DNA of 64,000 nt from Octopus sinensis (GCF_006345805.1 NC_043002.1:68510001-68574000), one strand, 5' to 3'; counted from the stretch's first letter, positions 24,000 through 36,977 are shown. The notes: a model not told the origin generated them from the letters alone. Numbers and translations: made by a program.

Positions 24000-25897
24000 A
24001 ATATATATTATTAGGCTGAGATTGTAGTGCAATATCCATAGCCTTTGCAGATCCTCTTGGAGAACATGAACAACATATAAGTATACTATAAGTAACATTC
24101 AGTGTGTGAATTGCTATACTTTAATATGCTGATGTGTGGCTGGAGGAGAAAATACAAAGAGGAAGGAGTTACAGAGAATTCTTTTGTATGTTTCAATCCA
24201 AAGATGGTGGCCATGGTAGGGCACTACCAGCAAAATCCAGATTTACAAAAAAAAAAAAAAGATTGGGATAATGTTTTTAGTAAGGGGTCTAAGAAGTAAG
24301 AGAATGGAGGAATTACATGGGGAAAGGTAAGTATATTAATTTATTAACTAACATCACCAGCATCTCCAATATGGTACGTGTGAGAAACTAAAGTAAAATA
24401 AAACAAAATTATGCTTCCATAGCAATTTTTAAAATTTACTAATACTATATAATTCCATGCTTTCCCCTCCCCTCATTCTTACATAGATTGGGCAACATGT
24501 CAGCTTATCAATTCTATCTTTAGTTACTTTCCATATCAGCCAATTCTTTTAGTTCTCATTATTTGATGGGGAAGTAAAATTAAATCTACTTTAGAAAGCC
24601 TCTTAGTAAATGCCAATAATAAAACAAATTGCTCAAGACTTGCACCACTGACTTCATAAGAAACCAGCTCATCTCATGAAATGATTATCAGACAGTTGAA
24701 TCAAGTTGAAAAGGAAAAATGACAGAGAGGAAGACAGCTTGAGAGATCTTAGATGTTTACAGAAATAACCTTAAAAACATTGCAACTAAAATCTAATCAG
24801 TCTCTTGAGTATTACATTTCTGAGACATTAAATAAAATTACATACTGCACTTTGGAATTTTATAAGTGAACAGTTCTTAAATAGAAGAAACAGCAGGACT
24901 AAGAATAACTGCTTTGAATACAAACAAAACTTTATCTAAAAAAAATACTGCAAGCTTAACATTCCTGCTATTTATAGATGACACAAATGATCATTGAAGC
25001 GGAAAAACCTAATTAAGCGAAAAACCTCAAATAAAAAAATGCCATAAAACCAGCAGAAAACAAAAACTTCCCATTTAAAATTTAATTTTAATTATCTAAA
25101 AATAGATTAATGGAAGACATATTGCAAAATATATATTATATTACTTTTATATTTTGTTTAGCAAGAATAAATATGAAATACAAGCATGTTTAATAAATTG
25201 CATTGAAAACGCCTAAGAAATATCCATTTCTATTTTTGTTGAATTTTTTTGAGTCAGAATAATTTTGATATAAGTTCTATCACAACTTATGTTGACTCAA
25301 TGTTGCCAAAATCTAGTTTTAACAGGTTTTTCCACAGTAACGAAATAATTCTTACATGCAACATTATAGTAAAAGTTGACTTTTATTCATAGCCATAAGC
25401 AAACCAAGTTAAAAGCTTCCTGCTGACTAGCGATAAATATTTATCTATCTCGATAGCCTAAAATGTATTTGTAAATACGCAATAGACATAACCTAATACC
25501 TTACACAGTTTAATTTTTAACATAAAGACTTAGTTTCCACTATTCTCCATTTTTTTAAATACAGCAATGCATTAAGAAGGGAATTCAACTTAATAAATAC
25601 TTATTTAACTCAAAAATCAAAAGCAATACAATGTTCCTAGTTCCTTAAAATTTTCCTATAATTCAACACTGAGACAACAGATACTAAAAAAGTATCTTAT
25701 AATAATTAAATTTTATTTTGAAGCAAAACTAATTCTCAAATTCACTAAATCTTCAGTTTACATATAATCTAGGAACAATTCCATTCTGTATGTCTATTTG
25801 TATATTTGACATAAGATAACTATACCTTTCTTAGTGTCTAAGATCTTTATTATTAACAGCAAAGCCTCCCAAACTTTCTTCTAAATATTTTAAAGCC

Positions 25898-26325
25898 AGC
25901 GGCAGCGAGCTGGCAGAAACATTAGCACACCAGACAAAATGCTTAGCAGTATTTAGTCTGTCTTTACGTTCTGAGTTCAAATTCCACCAAGGTCAACTTT
26001 GGCTTCCATCCTTTCAGGATCGATAAATTAAGTATCAGTTGCATACTAGGGTCTACCTAATCAACTGGCCCCCTCCCCCCAAAATTTCGAGCCTTGTGCC
26101 TATAGCAGAAAAGAATATTTGAAATCCACTTAGCTGGTAACCTGGCAGAATTGTTAGCACACCAGGCAAAATGCTTAGCAGCATTTCATCCATCTTTACA
26201 TTCTGTGTTCAAATTTTACAGAGGTCAACTTTCAGGGTCGATAAAATAAGTACCAGTTGGGCATTAGGGTCAATGTAATCAACTAAACCCCTTGCTCGAA
26301 TTTGCCTGCCTTGTGCCAAAAGAGA
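25898..26325 (+). mobile_element. Two tandem SINE group B copies
   Basis: Two successive gctggcagaa...cttagcag...gtcgataaa bodies. Confidence 0.8.
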
Positions 26326-26477
26326 TTGAACCCATGTGGTTGAAAAGCAAACTTCTTAACCACACATTCATGCCTGCTATATATGGATGCTGAAATCTCA
26401 AAAGAGAATAAGGGTAGGATGGAAAGCATTTAATCAATAAAGAATGGGTTCCAAACTAAGCTAGACAATGCCATATA

Positions 26478-26910
26478 TGTCAGACTCAATAGCACTGTTG
26501 TACCTGCACTCTTATACACAAGTGAGATGTGGGCTACTACGGTGAGGATAGAACATCAATTGGATACAATGCAAAGGGCCATGAAAAGATCCATGTGGGT
26601 AACATCATTAAGAGAGTACATTTGAAACGAGATAATTCAAGAACAGAACAAATGATGAGATCACATAGTACCAAAAGCACAAGTTCTACTGGGCTGGACA
26701 TGTTGCAAGGTTCACGGGCAACAGGTGGACCTGTGCAGTTGCTGAGTGGCATCCAAGAGATTGGAAAAAGCCACTTGGAAGGCCTCCATGATGATGGAAA
26801 GATGATTTAGTCAAGCAATTTGGGTCTAGATGGAAAAGAATGGCACAATCAAGACAGAATTGAACGCACATTGTGACCAGCATCCGATGATCTGGTTGAT
26901 ACTGTGAGGT
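26478..26910 (+). mobile_element. RTE LINE ORF2 C-terminus and 3' tail (degenerate)
   Basis: STVVPALLYTSEMWATT..MQRAMKRSM, then frameshift to FYWAGHVARFTGNRWTCAVAEWHPRDWKKPLGRPP**WKDDL, the classic RTE C-terminal motifs. Confidence 0.85.
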
Positions 26911-26924
26911 ATATGTGTATGTAT

Positions 26925-27130
26925 ATATATTACATCTGACCCATGCTTGCAGGGTCAGATAGAATTCATTGAGGCACATTTTCCATGGCCAAATGCCCTT
27001 CCTGTTGCCGACCAAGGTAATATTTCTTCGTAGCTAGACATATTTTTCACATGAGATTGGTAACAAACAATGTCAGTTGCATAACATTGATGCTTCTTTA
27101 CAACTGTCACATGATGTCAAGACAAGGACA
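26925..27130 (-). mobile_element. Short repeat (group H) sharing the aggaagggcat core and ccatgcaagcatgg tail
   Basis: Second copy at about 28310-28525 on the plus strand. Confidence 0.55.
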
Positions 27131-29968
27131 TATATGATGGGCTTCTTTCTGTTTCTATCTACCAAATCCACTAACAAGGCTTTCTTGGTCTGGAGCTATA
27201 GTAAGAAAACAACTGTCCAAGGTGCCACATAATCGAACTGAAGCTCCTTGACCATGCAGCCTTGCCTGAACACACACACACACACACACACACACAATTC
27301 ATGTAGTTATATCAAGCAAAAGAAATGTACATAAATTGAAAAATTTTGAAATACATTGGGATCACAGGGAAAAGTCAAAATAGACCTTATTGCTCCTCCG
27401 GGAATGATAAATGAAAGCATAACTATTTTGTAACCATATTCATATTGCAATACATTCCAATATGATTCAATTATTTGTAAAAATAATCAAGAATTTGAAG
27501 GGACCATTCACTTGATGAAATAATTAACTTTCTCCTAATGAAGCTGGTGTTAACAACTTAACAGACTTCCCACATAAAATTATGGAAGATTTGATTCAAA
27601 TATGAACACTTTAAAATGAAAACGCTAAGTGTCATAAGAATCAGGAATGGTCTCCAGAAGGTTTCTATCAAAAAGAACTCATTCTTTGCTTTCAATCATT
27701 AAAACCAGACAGTAATAATCACCATCAATCCATGCATGGAAGTTTGACTCTAATGCCTAATTGGTTAAGATATTGACCAGAAATCAATGAAAGCACATTC
27801 AATTAGAAGCTAAAATTTCCTTATCCTAACTTAACAGCCTAGTTCACATACTTCTGAAATTGGTAACTAAATTTATACAAGTAATGATAAGAAAGAAATG
27901 ATAATAAACAAATTGGGTTACCATTAGTCTAATTAGCGTACGAATTAGCCACTAAGTAGATGCCTCCAGTTGACCAAAATTAATCAAAAAGCAATTCTCT
28001 TGAAAAAAAAAAACAAACAAGAATATTCCCAACCCCACCAAGTTTATATTAGCTCATGTTCTACAATAATGGCTCTACTAAGTTCAATGTATTAACAATA
28101 GTTAATGGGTGTGTAGTTAGGAAGCTTGCTTCCTGATCATGTGGGCTTGGGTTCAGTCCCACTGCACAGCACCTTGGTCAAATGTTTCTAACTATAGCTC
28201 AAGGCTGATCACATATATATATATATATATATATCATCATCATCATCATCAACAACAGGAAATGTCCATGTTCAATGCTGGCATGGGTTGGAATGTGTGT
28301 GTGTGTGTGTATGCACCCTTGTCTTGACAACACATGAAGGTTGTAAATGAGCATCACCATCAAACAAGCGTTTCCAGTCTTCTGTGAAAAATATGTCTAG
28401 CTATATTACATTGCTTGAGAATAAGTGAGGTCTGGTGATAGGAACAGCATCCAACTGTAGAAAATCTGCTTCAATAAATTCCATCTGACCCATACAAGCA
28501 TAGAAAAGTGGACATAAAATGATGAATAAATAAGCATAATATTTAGACTACTAGTTCATAGGACATGAATTGATAATCATCACAAGTGACCTCATTGTTT
28601 CTCTGAGCAAGACACCAGTTTAAAACCCCAAGTTCATTCAACTGATGCAAGTAACAAACAGCTTGGCATTTTATCCAAAAAATGTTTCTTTCTTGTCCCT
28701 TAATATCTGGCCCATAGCTCCTTTTTATATCCCCAAGTTCACCTTGCTGCTGCAAGTAATGAACAACTTGGCATTTTATCAAAAAAAAAAAAAAAAAAAT
28801 GTTTCTGTCTTGTGCCTTAATATCATGGCCCATAGCTAACTACCTATTAGCTCTATAAGCCCTTGTAGCCCGTGGGAATATCATTAGCATAAATAGCTAA
28901 GGAATTAATAACAATTCTTTATTTTCCTTCACATGAATGGGAACTTGGTCAACTTAAACAGAGCTTACTTTCATTGATTTCTGGTTACTAACTAACTATG
29001 CAAGTATCTACATTCAATATGTTGCTCTTCCCATTCTGATATATAGCCAGAAATATTTGCCTCAGTATCGAACAAAAAGTGAATAAATAAAATAGATTTT
29101 TCTTTACATATGGGGGCCAGTATTTGCATCTAATTTGCACTAGTAACTGTTCAACACACCTTTAGCAGAAAGAAATTATATTGCTATGTATGTATCTGTG
29201 TGAATAAACATTTTTTTCTTTAAGTAACTGATTTCATTTTTGTATAACATTCATTTTATTTCCTTATCACTGATTTCGTTTTTGTATAATCCGTAACTTG
29301 TCCATCATGCATCCACATATATTGCTAAAGAAGTGAAGTAAAAAAAAAAAAATTTAAATTTGTAATAATTTGCTTTTTTGTTGTTATTTTCCTTAGCAAT
29401 CATTCACAGAACATTTGGACTTCCTAGCTTCAGTAGCTTCTGAAATACCAGAGAAGACACTGAAGCAAGTAAGCAATCAATCAAGCAAAAACGCTGGCAG
29501 TGGATGGGGTGGCAGTAACACCTAACATTTTGGTAGTTAAATATGTTGGATGCAAGGAATGACGGTAATGTGCACAATAACAAGTTACATTATTCTTTCT
29601 TTCTTTTACATTTTTTAAAATCCTGCTGAAAAAAGTCAAAAATTTTTTTTTAAAATCAATATTTTCAGCCAATGGTAGATTAATTTCATCCAATTTTTTA
29701 TTTTCATTTTGTTTCTTTTTCTCAAGCTATATTGGATGTTTTTTTTTCTTTAATGAAATGGTTCCTAAATTTAGATTTTTTTCGTAAATTATTGAAATAT
29801 TTTGTAGTTGGATTATCTATCTAGCACTAATCATTAAAAAGCGAAGTAGCAGTGTCTATTTTTTGGCCAGACAAAATATCAGAGGAATGTCTGCCATTAA
29901 GAATAGATAATGTAATGTCTATAATAGGGATTTAACTTACAAATTGTAGGCTAAGTATGCCAGCAGCT

Positions 29969-30182
29969 TTAACCCTTTAGCATTACAATTACTCTGTCAA
30001 ATGTAACACTTATTTATCCACTGTGTTTAATTTATCATGTATTCTCATAGCTTTGAGATTTTGATGATGTGATTGTTTATTTTCAAAAAGACATTGTAGA
30101 ATAGGTGTGAGAGGTCGGATCTGACCAGTTTGAAGATAAAACAGGTAGAATATTTGGGCCAGATTAACTGCTAAAGGGTTAA
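29969..30182 (+). mobile_element. MITE family D
   Basis: TTAACCCTTTAGCA...TGCTAAAGGGTTAA terminal inverted repeats with TTAA at both ends. Confidence 0.85.
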
Positions 30183-30609
30183 TCATTTTTCTTACTACAT
30201 TTCTAACAAGTAAACAGCATGAATATTTAAATTAATTCTCAAAATAATCAAGACTTCTTAGTGGATCAGTAAAATATCTGTAATTATTAATGGGTATATT
30301 ATGCTGCTATTGACCATTTATATTCTAAGGATACCAGATTTTAATCCATTCAACCTCTTAGGAGGGTCATGGGAGTGGAGTCCTTGGACACTTCCGCCAT
30401 AGGGTCCTATCAGAAGCAACTATTATTAAATTTTCCAGCTGGATTTCCAAGTGTGGCCAACTGAGACTATAGATATTATCCATCTAGCTTGTGGTCTACC
30501 CTCAGTAGTCAATTATACTGACCCCAATACTCTATTTTACTGAAGCAGAAGGCCGAGAGGCAAAGCTGATTTTAATGGGATTTGAACTCTAACATAAATA
30601 ACAAGTAAT

Positions 30610-30885
30610 GTGAGGGCATGTGGCCTAGTGGTTAGGGTGTTGTACTCAAGATCGCTAGATTGTGGGTTTGATTCCCCAACTCAGCTGTGCACTGTGTTCC
30701 TGAGCAAAATACTTCATTTCACATTGCTCCAGTTCACTCAGCTTTAAGTGGGTACACCCTGGGGAATGTTGGCCTGCTCGCCTAACCAGCAGGGTGGCAT
30801 CATATGAAAGCTAAAACAATGCAAAGCGCATTGTGATTAGTGATATCTAACAACATTTGATAGTGTGGTTGATCACGTGATCATG
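30610..30885 (+). mobile_element. SINE group F (CORE-like middle with the RTE tail of 23707)
   Basis: gtggcctagtggttagggtg head, tgtgttcctgagcaaaatactt middle, gcattgtgattagtgat tail. Confidence 0.75.
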
Positions 30886-31364
30886 TAAATAACAATACGT
30901 GTCTATTTTCTATGTTTGGTATACCTCAAGTAAAGAGGTACACCAGACATTATTGTAAAATGGTTGGATGCCATGATTAAGGGTACACCAGAAGCAAACG
31001 TTTGAGAACTCTAGCTGTAAATGAATAAGTAAAACATTGGTAAATTAAATCTCATTCAATGATCATGTTTGAAATTTGATGATTCATGCTGCAAAATAGC
31101 ATGATTAGAAACTGATCTAAACTAAAAAAGAACTTGATTTCAAGTGATATTAATTCATACATCTCAGGGTTGTTAAAAATAAAAATAACTGTAATTTTTC
31201 ATACTGCTTAGCAACTGACAGCTCTCACTTCAAGGTTTCCACATTCTGGCTTAAACAGATTAAAAAGCAACAACAAAATGGCAATGCTAAGAATGTGATG
31301 CACATGAATCCAAAGATCTTGTCCTCAATAATGCCACAGCAACGATATTATTATTATTATTATT

Positions 31365-32020
31365 AAGGTGGCAAGCGGGCAGAATCATTAGCATGCCAGG
31401 AGAAATGCTAAACGGTATTTTGCCTGTCACTATGTTCTGAGTTCAAATTCTGCCGAGGTCGACTTTGCTTTTCATCCTTTTGGGGTTGATAAATTAAGTA
31501 CCAGTGAAACACTGGGGTCGATATAATCGACTAGTCCCCTCCCAACAAATCTGAGGCCTTGTACCCCCAATAGAATGGATTATTATTATTATTATTTCTA
31601 ATTTTGGCACAAGGCCAGCAATTTTGAGGAGAGTAGGGGGCGAGTTGATTACAACAACCTCAAAGCTTGCCAGATACTTATTTTATTGACCCCTTAAAGG
31701 ATGAAAGGCAAAGCTGACCTCGGAGAATTGTAACTCAGAACTGGAAAAAATACCACTAAGCATTTTGTCTGTTGTGTTAATGTTACTGCCACCTTTCCAC
31801 AATAATAATAATTCTTTTGACTATAGGCACAAGGAGGAAAAGGAGGAGGAGCTAGTCAATTACATTGACCCCAGTGCTCAACTGGTACTTATCATCGATC
31901 TCAAAAGGATGAAAGGCAAAGTAGACCTTGGCAGTACTTGCACTCAGAAAGTAAAGACAGATGAAATGCCATTAAGCATCTTATCCAGTGTGCTAATGAT
32001 TCAGCCAGCTTGCCACCTTA
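31365..32020. mobile_element. Three SINE group B copies (+ 31365-31585, - 31598-31795, - 31815-32020)
   Basis: Group B bodies in + / - / - orientation, separated by (ATT)n or (AAT)n. Confidence 0.85.
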
Positions 32021-32023
32021 ATA

Positions 32024-32086
<63 letters not shown>
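32020..32086. repeat. (AAT)n microsatellite
   Basis: Direct reading; source of the poly-N ORF artefact. Confidence 0.95.
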
Positions 32087-32635
32087 TTGGCACAAACTCA
32101 CAACACTGTTGGGCATTGTATAGTTGATTGAATTAATATCAGTGTATGAGATTCACATATTTTATTGATCCAATCTGATGAAAAGACAAGTTGATCTTAA
32201 TTGAGATATGGCTATTATTTAAATGAAGGCCAAACATTAATTAACAGACATTCAGAAATATGACTTGAGAAAATTCAAAACCCATCTTCTGTGATAACAA
32301 TAAGGGTTTCAAGCTCAGACTCAAGTTTACAGCAATGATTATGTCAACCTATTTAATTAATTTCAGTTTTTGATTGGTTGGTTCTTATATTGACCTTCAA
32401 GGGATGAGAACTAACAACATGAAGGGAAATAACTAAATACTACAAGGTATTATATCCCCCACACTATTGTTTCTGCCAATTCACTACCTTTAACAATGAT
32501 TTCTGAATTGGACCAAAGACCAATATTTTAAGGGGCAGAAGTTAGTCAATACTCTTGACTCTTGTACTTAGACTGATACTTTATTGTATTAAGTAAATAA
32601 ACAAATTGATATGTGAAATTTGCACATATTTTTCA

Positions 32636-32932
32636 TAGGCATAGGAGTGGCTGTGTGGTAAGTAGCTTGCTTATGAACCACATGGTTCTGGGTTCAGTCC
32701 CACAGCGTGGTACCTTGGGCAAGTATCTTCTACTATAGCCTAGGACCGACCAAAGTCTTGTGAGCGGATTTGGTAGACAGAAATTGAATGAAGCCCATTG
32801 TATGTATATATATATGTGCGTATTTGTGTGTGTATATGTTTATCACCCCAACATCGCTTGACAACTGATGCTGGTGTGTTTACGTAGTGTTCCAGCATGG
32901 CCACAGTCAAATGACTGAAACAAGTAAAAGAG
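32636..32932 (+). mobile_element. SINE group A with internal deletion
   Basis: Head and tail intact; the segment between gtttacgt and gtgttccagc is missing. Confidence 0.85.
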
Positions 32933-35568
32933 TATAATTCCATTTCAATCCCAAATTTCTAATCCTGCTTAATACTAAGACAAAATGATTATCTCCCTTG
33001 TCATAACTGCAACCATCAGAGGGGCCACATGTATTTTCTTGATGTAGGTGGGATAAAAGGCAAAGTTAACCTCAGTAGGATTTTAATTCAGAATGTAAAA
33101 AGCTATAACAAATACCGTTTGGCATTTCATCTAGTGTTCTATTCTGCCATTCCCCCACCCTATAATAATGATAACTACTGAAAGACAATAATAATAATAA
33201 TAAATCATTAGAAGCAGGAGATTTTGGAATAGCACAAACTGGCTTTTAAAAAATATCTTTTCAAATTAAAAAGAAATCAGAGAACTTTGTTTTCACCTGA
33301 AAACTTTGGCAGAATTGTGCCAATTCCAATGGCAGTCAATATATGTTGGCACAATCAACTTCATTGATGTTTTAATAAATGAAATAGTGGTAAGAGGATA
33401 TTTTATTTGTATTTGTATAACAATGCCTTTAACAGAAATCAATTCAATATGTTAACATGTTATCCGATTGTAATGTAATCGTTACAGGTAGGGTGGGGGA
33501 ATAGATCTTTAATTAGGAGTGAAACTTCAGGTAAAGTGAATTGTATTGATTAGCATCGACCTCAGGGTTATACAAGCTTCAGGTAACACTATAATAAAAT
33601 ATTGTTATAGTACTAACAATAATATTCAATGTGAGTGAAGGCTATTAGAGAAAATTGAGAAGGAAGGCCACAAGACTCTACTGTAACTAGTTTGCTAAGT
33701 AAATGCATAGAGTTCAAATAAGTTTGATAAAAATAAGTAACTCGGGCGTGGCTGTGTGGGTTAAGAAGATTGCTTTGCAACCATGTGGGTTTAAGTTCAG
33801 TGCCACTGCACAGCACCTTGGGCAAATGTTTCCTATTATAGCCCCAGAGGAACCAATACTCTGTGAGTGAATTTGGTACACAGAAACTGTAGAAGTCCAT
33901 TGTATACACATATAGACATGCATTTTTTCTCTTCTATTTATTTGTCTATCCTTTCAAAATTTCTCTCAGGCATTACCCATTACAATTCGTCTTGGCCTAA
34001 CGGCCCTAAGAATCTGTCTTCATCGATCGTTTCCGTACATCTACTCTGGTGTCGTCTGTTTGTTTGAAGTCCTAACTCTCCACAAATTTTATATTTTTAA
34101 AATTTCTGGATGCTGCTGTCTTATGAAGTTTTCCTGTCCTGTCGTTAAAAGCTTGAAACAGGTAGTAAGAAACAGTCGACAACTGAGGAGGAGTTGGACT
34201 TCTTTTGGTATTTTGTCTCGTACTTGTCTCTCGTTGTGTGTTTACATATTTTTCGCTTGTTGGTGATGTCCTGTACTTAATGTGTATTTTTCCATACAGA
34301 TATATACATATGTATATACATTTATATATACATATATGTCTGTGTGTATGTGTTTTCCCCACCCTGGTTGATAATCAATGTTGATTTGCTTATGTCCCCA
34401 AAGCTTAGCATTTCAGCAAAAGAGGCTGATAGCATAAGTACCAGACTTTAAAACAAAAAAAGTACTCGGGGCAGGGTGGGGTTTTGTTTATTCAACTAAA
34501 ACCATCCAAGCTGGTGCCCCATCATGGATGCAGATTAATGATTGGAACAAGTGAAAAACAAAAGATAATGTTGTACAATATTCTGGATTCAATTCAAAAT
34601 ACTATACAGGCCTATACAAAACTAATTAAGATTGTTTTTGTTGATTAGTCCTGTCAGACCTGATCACACAGACCTATGATTCAAGGCTGTCATCCAATAA
34701 CTATCCAACCATATTTTTACAGTAATAGTGCACTTTAGATTACATTATTCCAATGCACCATTCAAAATAAAAAAATGCTAACGTGTGATTTACAGGAGAT
34801 TTGACAGCTATTTCTAACAAATCAAAAGGCTGTGTATAGACTCCCTCATTGGCTCAATAACCAAAATCTTATGCCAAGGCAAAAAGAGATCGATCAATAT
34901 GCATCGTACTAAGTGAACTTGCTTTGTACTGGAATTTAATACATCAATAAAACATTGTTTATAAGTTTGCAATTTGACATACTTCCATTCCTTTTGGATA
35001 GCGAACATTAATTAGCTGATATTGAAACCTCTCCTTCATCTATGACTATCTCAATCATGGCCCATTAAGCTTTTTGTCAACTAAACAGGAAAAGAGATTA
35101 ATATAACCAAGAAACAGATCATGTTTCATGAGATTCCATAAAATTTTAAGAAAGTGCATCTGAACAAAATCTGTAGCATTATCCCATTTCCTTTACAATA
35201 CAGAGAAGATTATTAAAACAAAACAAAACAAAAAAATGCAGTGAAAATTACCTGGAATGCATTTTTAAAAGGAAACATATTTAGAGTTTTACAGGTATTT
35301 TCTTTAGATCCAGTGGAATGACAGAGTATGACACACACACATACAAGGAACTATAAGATTTTGCATGAACACTCAGCTCTGGGTGCAATGTTTCATACAG
35401 CAGCAACAGCTGCAAGCTAATGAAAGTGATTATGTAACTCTTGTTCTTTGTCATTCATTAATTGAAACTTCGTCACATATCATCATAATCATTTAATGTT
35501 TGCTTTCCATGCTGGCATGGGTTAGATGGTTTGACAGGATCCAGCAAGCCAGAGGGATGTGCCAAGCA

Positions 35569-35827
35569 GTAGTGCAGTATGATCGTTTTATGTTACTCCA
35601 TTTAATTGAACAATGCAAACATTACATCAATTTAAAATGTAGAGCAACCTTCAGCTGCACAAAAAACATAGAATTTAATTGAATTTGAAGGACACATTAC
35701 CATAAATTTGAAGGACACATTATACTAATGTGTCCTTCAAATTTAATTAAATTCTATGTTTTAAATTGATGTAATGTTTGCATTGTTCAATTAAATGGTG
35801 TAGCATAAAACAATCGTACTGCATTAC
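35569..35827. repeat. Fold-back inverted repeat with arms of about 100 bp
   Basis: The right arm reverse complement matches the left arm apart from about 6 substitutions, a ~26-nt insertion and a ~23-nt internal duplication. Confidence 0.9.
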
Positions 35828-35965
35828 CTCTGGATATGCTTGTTGCTTATTTTGAGTATAATCATGTTATTTTAAATTATATGGATAATATGATACTAAA
35901 TTCTGGTGCCTCAACTTAAGTACCATATTCATCTGAATCTAATTTTTTACTGCATATATATATAT

Positions 35966-36102
35966 GCAGGAGTACCTGTGGGGTGAGTAGCTTGCTTACC
36001 AACCACATGGTTCCAGGTTCAGTCCCACTGCATGGCACTTTGGGCAAGTGTCTTCTACTATAACCTTTGAGTGGATTTGGTAGATGGAAACTAAAAGAAG
36101 CC

Positions 36103-36185
<83 letters not shown>

Positions 36186-36356
36186 TGTGTGTCTGTGTTT
36201 GTCCTCCCAACATCGCTTGACAACTGATGCTGGTGCGTTTACACCCCCGTAACTTAGCGGATTGGTAAAAGACACTGACAGAATAAGTCCTGGGGTTTGA
36301 TTTGCTCGACTAAAGACGGTGTTCCAGCATGGCCACAGTCAAATGACTGAAACAAG

Positions 36357-36360
<4 letters not shown>
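35966..36360 (+). mobile_element. SINE group A with long internal (TG)n(TA)n
   Basis: Group A head, middle and tail. Confidence 0.85.
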
Positions 36361-36387
<27 letters not shown>

Positions 36388-36569
36388 CTTTTTGAGATAC
36401 AGATCCTTATTTATGCAACATCACTGAAACTCTGAAAGTACTAACTTCCAGGTAGTTCATCGGGTTGAAGTGCCACTTTTATTATTATTATTTTAATTAG
36501 TCAGAAGAGGTACAGCATCCATTCCATTACTTCTGAAAATTATCTCACAATAGGAAGATTGATACATTA

Positions 36570-36870
36570 ATGTTGGAGCTTCTGCAGGTAGATTTTTATG
36601 AGAAAAGCATGGTTAGGTGAGGAATTCCAAAGGGTTGCAAGTGGTAGAAACGATTGTGAAAAGTATTTAGTGTAGTGTATGAAGTAAAGAAGCACATAGT
36701 GAAAATAAAGAGAAAAGGAATGGTGTGTAGAGAGAAGAGTTGGGACACAGCTAGTTGTAACAGAGACCATTGCAGTGATGCTAGAAGAGGAAGTGAGAAG
36801 TAATGTATCTGTGAGTGGGTGGTTGTAACATGCTGGGGATTGAATATTTGCCTAAGGTGCCTAGTAGTCA
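36570..36870 (-). mobile_element. CR1/L2-group LINE ORF2 C-terminal remnant
   Basis: SQSFLPLATLWNSSPNHAFLIKIYLQKLQH resembles the SF.P.T..LWNSLP...F....LQ.FK end motif. Confidence 0.55.
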
Positions 36871-36935
36871 AATGACCTTCTTTTTGGTGCAGCTTAAGGA
36901 ATTTTGTGTGTGTGTGTGAGTGTGTGTGAGAGAGA

Positions 36936-36977
<42 letters not shown>

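Noticed and set aside
24281-24333. Plus-strand exon ending at AAG|GTAAGT
   Set aside because: The donor is strong, but the acceptor is weak, the upstream frames contain stops and no partner exon fits.
31765-32127. 120-aa ORF with poly-Asn
   Set aside because: It is a SINE-B reverse strand plus an (AAT)n tract.
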